From: Monocercomonoides exilis PA203
Lineage: Eukaryota; Protista; Preaxostyla
Direction of reading: 5' to 3'
NCBI GenBank assembly: GCA_001643675.2
Contig: LSRY02000040.1
Span: 124,001-188,000 of the forward strand
DNA length: 64,000 nt
Shown here: one piece after another, positions 40,148-50,099 of the stretch
Layout of the letters: every line of letters begins with the position of its first letter
How positions within the stretch are numbered: position 1 is the stretch's first letter
Notes under the pieces: generated by a model
Databases searched by the model: none
What the model saw: the letters and a program-made list of their open reading frames with translations, nothing else
What the model was told of the DNA's origin: nothing
Program-made: the position numbers and the translations under genes

Positions 40148-41616
40148 TTGAAACAATTAGAAGTGGCAAGCTCTTCGAGCACCCCATCGGATAGCAATAA
40201 ATGGATTCATCATGACACTGCGCTATATAAAATTATGAATCAAGACATCAGAACAAAGATAGCAGGCTTTGATTTTGATGGAAACTTGGCAAAAACAAAA
40301 AGTGGAAGCAAATTTTGCACAGGTCCAACGGATTGGCAGTTTTGGCAACCATGCGTTCCTGAAGCATTAAAGAAATGTTATGAAGATGGGTACCTTGTCG
40401 TTATAATTTCCAATCAAATGGGTATTTCTAAGGGGCATATTACTGAATCTGCTATCATGGGGGAATTTGACAACTTCCAAAAGGCTGTTGGAATACCAAT
40501 TGATATGTATGTTGCTACAAGCGAGGATGGCTTTCGCAAGCCGTCTTGCGGATTGTGGGAACTGCTTGTGGAGAAGTCTCTGAAAGGGACAGAGCCAAAT
40601 CTGAAGGAAAGTTTTTATGTTGGTGACGCTGGTGGGAGGCCAGCAAACAGCGGGCAACTTGACCGCAAAAAGGACCATTCGTGCAGCGACAGAAAGTTTG
40701 CTATCAATGTTGGCGTCGACTTCTACACACCAGAGGAGTATTTCCTGAAGAACCCCAAGGCGCAGTTCGTGATTGACGGGTTTGACCCACGCACGCTCAA
40801 AGAAGGCGCTCCGATGTTTACGAAGCCGAGCGTGCGAAAAGATGGGGCGGGGTCTGTTTTGGACGAAGGGCACATTGTGCGGGATGCGAGTGCGGGGCAG
40901 GAGATGGTGCTTTTGGTGGGGTCTCCTGCTTCGGGGAAGTCGACGTTCACAAAGCGGTTCTTTTTGGAGACGGGCAGGTACGAGCACATCAACAGGGACA
41001 CACTGAAGGACATGAAGAAGTGTGCGAAGGCAGCGACGGCTGCGCTGGAGAGCGGGAAGAGCGTGGTAATTGACAACACGAACCCGAAAAAAGCAGACAG
41101 GGCGCAGTTTATCAGCATCGCGAAGGCGAAAGGGGTGCCTGTGCGGGTGTTCTGGTTCCAGTTTACGCTGCCGATGGTGCAGCATATGAACACATACAGA
41201 GAGCGGCTGCTGGGAGTGAATGCCCCGCACATCCCGCTGATTGCCATCAGAATGTACTTCAGGTATGATTGGGATTGGGATTTGGATTTGGATTGGGATT
41301 GGGATTGAGTGTGTGTTTGAATCTCTTTCTCTTTCACTTTTTTTTTCCTTTCTTTTTTCTTTATCTTTTGTTCTTTCTCGCTGTGTATGTGAAAAACACT
41401 TTTGGATAGGTCTAATCACAATTATTGTTATTATTATCCTTCGTCTTCTTCTTATTATAATTATGTTAATTAATATTCTTTTTTTTATCTTTACAAAATT
41501 TCAGTAAATTTGAAGAGCCGACCTTGGACGAAGGCGTCGAGGAAATCACAGAAGTCAATTTTTCACCGAAATTTGACGATGAGCGATCGAAAAGATTGTT
41601 CTACCAGTTGTCTTAG
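40148..41616 (+). CDS. PNKP: Bifunctional polynucleotide 5'-kinase 3'-phosphatase; 5' exon(s) uncertain
   Basis: HAD phosphatase motifs FDFDGNL, SNQMG, FRKP..GLW, YVGDAGGR and DHSCSDRKFA; kinase P-loop GSPASGKST, NRDTL, VIDNTNP. Intron 41263-41504 joins a last exon SKFEEPTLDEGVEEITEVNF...LFYQLS* (TAG 41614-41616). Confidence 0.93.
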
Positions 41617-42305
41617 GAAAAAAAAAATGAATTTCGAAAAATATTTTAAAAAAATGATGATGATGAAAGTTGCATACTCATAAAAATAAAAAAAAGCTGT
41701 TTTTTTTTTCCCTGTTTCAAGAGAATGTTCTTATGCTGTTATTTTTTGAATTCCTCAGAATTTTGTTTTATTGAATCATATTTTATATTTTATTTTTCTT
41801 TTTGAAATGTCATTTTCAAATGTTCCAAATGAAAAAGTCTCTTTCAAAATTTGCAAGTCTTGTTTTTTATGTTAGAGGGGCTTATAAAAATTAAACGAAG
41901 TGCGTTATTTTGAAATTTTGATAAATATTTTTTGAGAAATATTCATTCAAATTGCAAATTATATGGGGCATATTTTTTGTTATAGTGAAAAATATAGAGA
42001 TTTGTTACAAACTTTTTCTTCAAATGATTTATCATATATTTTCCATTTCAATGCTTAAAAATACAGAATAATAACAAAAATGAGAAAAATATTTGAAAAC
42101 GAAATGTGGAACAAAATTCATAAACCAAAAAATTACTTCCCATTTGTTTCCATTGATCAAAAATACCAAAACAAGAGTATTTTCTTTAACAAAAACAATT
42201 GCTTGTGTGCCTGTTATTGGAAAGAAAATTAAATATTTAATATGAGGAAATTTATTTTATTGTTTTGAATTGAATTCTTTAGAATAAAATTGAGCAGAAC
42301 AGTTT

Positions 42306-43749
42306 ATGAACAAGGTTAATAATTCACATTATGATGTATCTTTCTATGAAAATTTTCATTTTTCACCTGTACAAATCCTTGAAGGTGTTCTTGAGTATTT
42401 TTATTTCAATTTATTTGTTGATTTTTTGCGAATATTTGTTCATTGCTAGAAGACTTTGGAAAAATGTTAAATGAGATTAAAAAAATGTTCTATGAGGAAC
42501 AAAAAATGAAAATCATCGAAATGAATAAAATGATGGCGAAGATGAATGCAAGCGAACTGAAATTTGTTTTCTCAGGCGAAAATCACTATTCAGTTGAGAG
42601 TTTGATCGAAGAAAATCAATTATCGTTGGAAAATGCATTTTTGCTGTTGAAGCATTTGGCGTACTGCGAAGTATTGAACGGAGTGTTTGACAGAAAGCTA
42701 ATTTGTCCTTCATTGAGGAATAGAATCGAAAAGATGATAGTTGATGAAAATGAGAAGAAGAAAGAAGAAAAGAATGAAAGGCTTTTGGTCGATCTTTACG
42801 AATATTATTTTTTGAAACTTGATTACAACATCTGTGAAGATCTTGTGTCGATTTGCGTGCCTTGCCTTCTGAAAGTTACGTTGAACAAAGAGGGAAACGA
42901 GGAGACTCAAAAAGAAGTGGAAATGGCTTTGCTTGCATTAAGTAACATACGCGAATTATATGTATGAACATTTTTATTTCCTTTATGAAATCATTGCTGT
43001 TTTTTCAAATATATTTTGATTAGCGTTCTGAAAAAGAACTGTATTTGAATGAGATCAAAGAGATTATCCAAAATCATCAGAAGCATCAGAATCTGACACG
43101 GTTTGCATATCAATCAGCTTGGCAGTTTTTATACAACAGAAATTTCTTCTTCAATGAGCTGGAAAGCGTGATTGTGAATGAGCTGCATTTTGCAAGAGAA
43201 GCAAGAAGAGAAATCGAAGATCTGTCAAAGTGTGTGGATTGGAAGAGAAAAGAAGAGGGAAAAGGAGAAAGGGAAGCGAAAGAAGAGCTTATTCTAGGGA
43301 GATGGCTAGATGTTATTCATAATTACTTTGACTCATTGAGATTATGGAATGAAGAATCTGCCGAACTTATTGACAGCATTGTTCAGGTGTTTAGAGCATC
43401 AAGAGATAATAACAAGGAAATTCACCTGAAATGCCTATATTTGATTCGAAGAGCAGCAAAAGAAAAAATCGTGAAAATTGATGAATTGTTGAAAGGAGGA
43501 TTTATTGATAGCATTTTGGAGGAGACTCAGCTCCCAACACTGGATGATAAAATAATAATTAATTATCTTGTTTTCTATGAGGTTATTTCAGAAAGACTCA
43601 AAGATGAGGAGAAAGATGAAATGGAAGAGGAGAAAAGAAAGGTTTCAAAAAGGAAAGTGTTGGAACAGACGGAAGAAGAAGGATATGAAGACATTGTCAA
43701 TTGTTTTATTGAGATTTTTGATTTTCTTTGGAGAAAATGTTTTTATTAA
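42306..43749 (+). CDS. Expanded-family alpha-helical protein, copy F, 438 aa, 3 exons
   Basis: Exons 42306-42384, 42450-42961 and 43024-43749 (1317 nt, open). C-terminus is slightly shorter than in the paralogs. Confidence 0.78.
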
Positions 43750-45077
43750 GCTTTTCGTAGGATATTTCTGTTTATTTTTGCGAATACTTGAGGAAATTGT
43801 TGATGTTTCGTTTTGAAATTTTAATTATTAATTTATAATGTTTATTTTATGCAATAGAAAACAATCATAAGATGAAATTTACCATTGTTCTGATACATGG
43901 AACTTTGTGTGAAACAAGAACCAAACAAAAGCATATCATGCATTTATTTCCAACCATTTTTAAAGTTTAGTAATTCTTTCTTTTAGAAAATAAACTTGAC
44001 GCGAAATTAAAAGGTTATCAATTTTTTTTTCATTCATTTGCTAATAATATGAAAAAGAGGATAAATTAAAAAAAAATATCTATAACATTATTCTCAAACA
44101 ACAAAGAGTGAAACTGAAAATCAAGAAGAGTTATTCTTTTTTCTCTGACAACTTTTTCCCCTCGACCCTTTTTTGTAAATCTTGCTCCAGCTTAATACAA
44201 GCTCGTAGCCAACGAAAACTGACGAGAAACGTTTATTTTTAGGCAAAATGAAACTTGAAGGACATAAATGAAACCTAAAAATATTCATAAATTTTTATCA
44301 TTCTGTTCTTTAAGTTTTCAGTTTTGTTGAGGATAGTTTATGTGTCTGAAATAAAATGGATAAATTGACGATGAAGTTTTTTTTAAAAGTGAAAAAAATA
44401 GAAAATGATTAGAGTGCAACAAACACTCACAATTTATTATCTTCTAATTTTGTCTCTTTTTCGTAACATATGCATTCATTCGTAAGGTGTCTTTGCAATA
44501 ATACTCTTTTTTTATCCAGAAAAGTCTTATTTCGAGAGAATTTTTAATTTGAAAATTTCAGATCAAAGTGATTAAATGATCAATATTTTTTGTATTTTAA
44601 ATTTTCTTTCTCAAATTAAAGTTGTTTTGTAATTTTTTCATGCTTTCATAACAAAGGGATGATAATTAACTTAAATAACTTCGATTTTTTCTTGGAATGA
44701 TTAAATTGTGAAAAATAACTGATGTGCTTTTAGTTGCAGTATGCCTATTTTTATATATTTCACTTATGCAGAAAATATTTTTTTACGAAATTTTTTATCC
44801 AAGAGATCTCGGTATTTTTTAATTTTATTTTTTGATCAATCGATTAATGATCTTTCCATGAATATAACATTCTGCAAGTTATAAGTTTCTTCAACAGAAC
44901 ATGGCATATTCTTTTTATTGCTTTTATAACTTTTCACATTTCACAAGTTTCTTTTTCACTAGTTTTCTCAAATCATCGACTTTTTGAAAAAATGAAATTT
45001 TTGGTTGTGTTCAAAATAATTATTTCATTTAATAAGTTGTATCTGACAAAGAAACTCGGTTTTTTGCGTGCTCTATC

Positions 45078-45916
45078 TAGGCCTCTGCGACACATATTTT
45101 TTGAGAACAATTTGTCGGTCGAGAAATTTTTCATTTGTCGAAAAAATTGAAATAATTGTTTTTTCCCTAATTTGTCAATTCATGAATATATCAAAGTTTC
45201 CTAAACTTTTCTGTCACTGTTTTTTTTTTTTTTTTTTTTTTTTTTTCGTTTTTATGACCATAATAATAATATATTTTGTATTTTGAAAACAAATAAGAAA
45301 TTTTTGAAAACACTGGAGAGACAGATGAAAGGAGTTAAAGAGATTGTTGTTTTTATTAAATACAATGATTTGGAATGGAAGATTTTTGAGATGTCTCTGC
45401 TGCTGATGTGGATTTGATTATTGGAGATAATTTAAACGTTGTTTTTTTAAATGCTCGAAGAAAAATAACTCATGAATAAGAATTATTCTATTCATCTTCT
45501 TCTTCTTCCTCCTCCTCTTCCATTTCACCAGTTCCTTTGCTTCCGCCCGCTTCAACACAGCCATCTTCCATTGACACTCAATTTCCATTTCATACAACTT
45601 CATCACAGCATCTCACATTGCACTCTACAACTCTGTCTTTCATATCACAAATGCATTAACTTTCTCTTTCTACTCCTTCTTTTTCTTTTCTTCTTTTTCA
45701 TTTTCTTCTCCTTCCTTTTCTTCTTATTCTTCTTCCTCTTCCTCTTCCTCTTCCTCTTCCTCTTCCTCTTCCTCTTCCTCTTCCTCTTCTTTATCATCTT
45801 CAAGCAGCACATCATTGCCAGATGCTTCAACAGACAAGCGAATGAAGCAGTTGCAATCGTTAATCACTTTCAAATGCCCTCTTCTCAATCCGCCTGCAAA
45901 TTATGATCCAACTTCT

Positions 45917-45963
<47 letters not shown>

Positions 45964-48083
45964 TTCTTCTTCTTCTTCTTCTTCTTCTTCTTCTTCTTCT
46001 TCCATTCCTTCCTCTTTCTTCTCTTCTGAGCAAACAAACATTTCACAATTGATCAGCAAACCTCCTTCTCTCTCAACAACATCAGCAAAAGGAGGAATTC
46101 TTCTGAAGAGAAATCATCATCTGTCTTTGATTGAGGTGACAGACGGGCGAAACGGAGTTGTTGGAGAAGATTTCATGTTTGACATGAGAAGAAGAGAAGA
46201 GAAGGAGAAGGAGAAGAACAGAAAGAAACAGGAATTGCTGGGAATGTCAGCACAAACTGTTGGCAGAGTATCACAAATGGATCGAAATTAAGTGGAGATG
46301 AGAGGAATGGTGAAGAAGCAGACAGAAGAATCGATTGTCAGCAGAAAGGAAAGGGAAGAAGTTTGTTGTTAAATGAAAATAATTCGTTCTAATTTTTGTT
46401 TTATTTATTTAAATTTCTTTTTTTCTATTTTTTTTCTTATTTTTCAGTCCAAAAGGCGTCTTCTTCAGCGCCTCAACCTCCACCACTTCTCCTCCACCCG
46501 TGCGATCTTCCCTTCTTTCGGCTCTCCTGTCTTTTTTGAGGTGCCAATTGCGAACACAACCGAAGAGACGATGTTTGTCGGTATAACAGCCACACGAATA
46601 AGGAAAACGTGCAGTTCACAGAAAAGACAGGAAATGGGGATGAGAAATGAAACAGGAATGAGCATTCAATTGAATGAGACGAATGACATTTCAGACGAAT
46701 GCGAAGAGCTGTTTGAAGATCCAATGGGAATGGCAGCAGAATACGAAGTGGAAGACGAGATTATTCCACTCACAGACGAATATCACAAATACTTCAAATC
46801 TCTCTTCTTCCCTCAAACAGCTTCTGTTTCGTCTTCTTCTTCTTCTTCAGCAAATAGAAAGCAAAACTCGTTTGTCTTCCCAGAAATCACATCCACTCCC
46901 ATTCTTTCGTCGAGTCCTCTTCAGGAATATCAGCTCAAACACCACACCATCTCTTCATTATCATCTTCTTCTTCAACAACAACAACAACAACAACTTCTT
47001 CTTCTTCCTCTTCTTCTCATTCTCATTCTCATTCTTCCCCCTTTCCCCTTCTCTCTTTTTTCAAACAATTTCTTTCCGAAAAGTGCGATGCTCTTCGCTC
47101 CATCAGAATATTTTTTCATTTCAGCAAACTTCTTTTCTATAGTCCTCTTCGGCTTTGCATGTAGCTCCATCTGCTCCTTCATCACCATTGTAATTACCAA
47201 GTATTCATGCCATCTCACAAACGCACTCCAATTGAGCAACATTTCATTCACTGGATAAAACGAAATTATCTGAACTTCGTTTCATTCACTTTTTTTGTTC
47301 GGAAAATAATATTCCTTCACTAATATGTTATCACCGCTTCATGTTATAGAAAAAGAATTGCATCATTCGTTTTTGTCCAAATTTTAACTTTGAACAAAAG
47401 ATTTTTACAATTATTAGTTATAACAAAAGTCTTCAAACTGCAGTTTAATCGTTTCATATAATTGCAACAACAATCAAATGTTATTTTTGAAACGATGCTC
47501 AAATTTGTATTAAAAATCAAAATCAAAAAGATAAAAGAGAATTGTTTGAAATACGCTATTCTTCATTTCCTTTTATAAATAATGATCAAAAAGTCTTTTT
47601 TGAACAATGCAACATTTGAGATAATATTTTACCAAATCATTGAACTTTGAAATAAGATATCAAAGCAAGCATGATTCCAAAATGAAAAAAAAGTGAAATC
47701 TTCAAGTGAGCGAAAGTCTTATAGTAAAGAAAATTAGTAATTGATAAATAATCAATAATTTTAAGTTATATCTTACAACTCGACCGATCAATGTCAAACG
47801 ACTGATCTTTGTCGTTCGACTGATCTCGACAAAGATCTGACGATTACCCATTATTAAAATAAAAATTTTTGAAAAAAAGGAAAATTTTTGATTAATCATT
47901 TCCATATTAAATTATTAATATTTATCGATACAAAAACATAAATAATGATTTTATTTCGTTTTTTCTTAAATAATTAAAAATTAAAATATTAAATTTTCAT
48001 AATAATTAAAAAATAAAACTCGACTAAATTGTCGGTCGACCTGTCGAGTTGTTTCAAAAATGTCGGTCAGTCGCAGAGGCCTA
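45078..48083. mobile_element. 3006-bp non-autonomous hAT-like element carrying a host gene fragment (Pack-type)
   Basis: Perfect 14-bp TIR TAGGCCTCTGCGAC / GTCGCAGAGGCCTA. Perfect 8-bp TSD GCTCTATC at 45070-45077 and 48084-48091. Clustered subterminal GTCG/CGAC motifs; no transposase recognised inside. Confidence 0.92.
45815..46900 (+). pseudogene. Captured fragment of a host gene, NPHP4 (nephrocystin-4)-like
   Basis: ORF 45815, an in-frame TAA (46289-46291), a GTTTG..TTTTCAG intron (~46361-46447), then SKRRLLQRLNLHHFSSTRAIFPSFGSPVFFEVPIAN...LTDEYHKYFKSLF. This resembles the NPHP4 segment (I.PSFG...FFE....N ... EW..FK) as recalled, not searched. Confidence 0.5.
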
Positions 48084-48099
48084 GCTCTATCATTAATAT

Positions 48100-48339
48100 G
48101 TGCAATTCTTTTTGAAAAGCCACAAATGTTTAATTTTCAAATTCTTCAAAATTTTCATGGTTTACTCAAATTTCTTTTTCAGCTCACAAATCTCCTCAAG
48201 AATGTTTGAAATGGCATTATCAAGTTATAGATTCTATTTTCGTGAAGTTTGATATTTGTTAACAATATATTTAGCTATATATATAATTTTTGATTTTATT
48301 GAGAAGCAAACATCTGTGACTTTTCAAAAAGAATCACCC
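48100..48339. mobile_element. ~240-bp fold-back MITE
   Basis: ATTCTTTTTGAAAAGCCACAAATGTTT pairs with AAACATCTGTGACTTTTCAAAAAGAAT. Central AATGGCATTATC..ATAGATTC is shared with 29753-29994. Confidence 0.7.
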
Positions 48340-48440
48340 AATATATTCTTGAAAAATGTGTGCCTTATCTCGAAATTTCTGCTATGCTTCAAAAATTAGT
48401 TTTTTCATTCAACATAAAATATTATCATTTCTGAAGATAT

Positions 48441-48693
48441 GGGTGATTATTTGTGAAATCATATTTTTTTGTTCAAAATTTTCGGTTCAAAAATTTCCTT
48501 TGAGTATTTGGAAATGATAACAATAAAGTGAAAAGGCATATGAAATACATCCGCATCTTTTTTAGCAAAAACATTTGTTTTGATAGCAGTTGTGATTAAT
48601 TAACAATTTGAATTCATAATCTCTTCCCAAAGGCATACAACCTTTGAAAAATCAACACCCCGAAAAAAGATATGATTTCAAAAATAATCACAC
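48441..48693. mobile_element. 253-bp GRG-terminated MITE (family of 31357-31611)
   Basis: ATAT|GGGTGATTATTTGTGAAATCATAT ... ATATGATTTCAAAAATAATCACAC; colinear with 31357-31611. Confidence 0.8.
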
Positions 48694-48829
48694 TTACAGT
48701 TATTATTTAATAAAGCACGGAAACAAGTTAAATTCATCAGAGGAAAAATCAAAAAATGGGTCAATTATCAGAAAAATGTGTATAGCAGAAAAACCATTTC
48801 ATTGAAATGTCAGCTCCTGAGAGGAAAAA

Positions 48830-49437
48830 ATTTTCAGTCTTTGACAAATTAACCACATCTATTAATGAAGATCGAACTTGGGAATGGTTCTGCAACAGAG
48901 TTTTTTGAGAATAATATCCATCGTGCAGAATTAACCTAAAAGAGTCGAAACCGGAAAATGATGGAGAGATGTTTCACTAATGAAATAGTTTAAAGTGTGA
49001 AAAAACAAAATTTGCACAAAAAAATTCAACCTTATAAAAAATCAATGATTGAAATTGTTAAACATTTTTTGATTATATTTCTATTGTGGAAATGAGTTTC
49101 AGCAAAGCATATTCATTAAATGACAGGAGTGCATAATGCGTTTGTGGGTTATTGGAGCAGTGTATATAGATGCGTCTGTTCGTATCTTGAACATATGGAT
49201 CCAATTGTGTTGGATGGGGAAGGAAAGATTGCAGAGATCGATGATTGTGTGTGGAGAAGGAGAAAACAAAAAAGAGGGAGAAGAAAAAAGCAGATGTGGA
49301 TATTTATAGGAGTTGAAAGAACTGATGACTATTCAGAAAAAGAAAAAGCGGAGCATTTTGGTTGTTCCAGATCGTTCTTCTAACACTCTTTTTCCTCTCA
49401 TCAAATCTCACATTTGGCATAGGTACATCTGTGCTTC
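48830..49437 (+). pseudogene. Truncated Merlin/ISXO2-like transposase
   Basis: GEGKIAEIDDCVWRRRKQKRGRRKKQMWIFIGVER, then in shifted frames LVVPDRSSNTLFPLIKSHI and GTSVL. Homology ends at the left arm of the large inverted repeat, before the second catalytic Asp. Confidence 0.75.
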
Positions 49438-49506
49438 CTTTGCAATTTGCGATGATAGAAATTAACTTTATGATGAAATTATAGATAAAAATAAATTAAA
49501 ACTATT

Positions 49507-49737
49507 GGGAGGACGAATTTTTTGAAATTGTTTTTTCATGTTGAAAAAAATCAATTTTGAAAAATCACACATAAATATTCCAATTTTTAATTAAAATAAA
49601 TATATAAAGATAATTTCCAATTAATAAATACATGCAATGCTTTAAATTGTTATATTTACCTTTTGTATCAAAGAATTTCTGAGAAATAAAACATTTTTGA
49701 AAAATAAAAATTTAAATCAAAAATTTTGATCAATCCC
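49507..49737. mobile_element. Possible 231-bp MITE (mirror copy 59424-59654)
   Basis: GGGA...TCCC ends with degenerate ~20-bp inverted similarity, flanked by the direct repeat ACTATT (49501-49506, 49738-49743). Confidence 0.45.
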
Positions 49738-50099
49738 ACTATTAATTTTTTGATTTCCAAAGATTTAGGATTAGCTTTTTTTTGTGATGTGTGGGGTGAA
49801 CACTTTCCAATATATTGCAATTTGAATATATAAACATTATATTATTGTATGCACTGATTGTTATTTTAAATATTGTTCTATTATTAACAAAATTTGATTT
49901 TTAGAATTTGAAATTGATAGTTATGCAACGTCACACAATATGAGTCCAATATTGGTGGATATGGTTGAAAATATATTGAAAATGTGGATAAACGTATGCT
50001 ACATATTTTATTATTATATTTAATCTGTTATTTTAACTTTTTACAATAAATATAATAAAATTATATTATCTCAGTTCGGAATGTTGCAGACAACATAGA

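Noticed and set aside
41268-41306. (GGGATT)n as an interstitial telomere
   Set aside because: It is the reverse, not the complement, of TTAGGG, and lies within an intron.
40367-41419. 350-aa antisense ORF over PNKP
   Set aside because: Explained by GC-rich codon usage of the sense gene; no motif.
41965-42141. Possible degenerate GGG-ended MITE similar to 21790-21855
   Set aside because: TIR and TSD (ATAT/ATTT) too degenerate to support.
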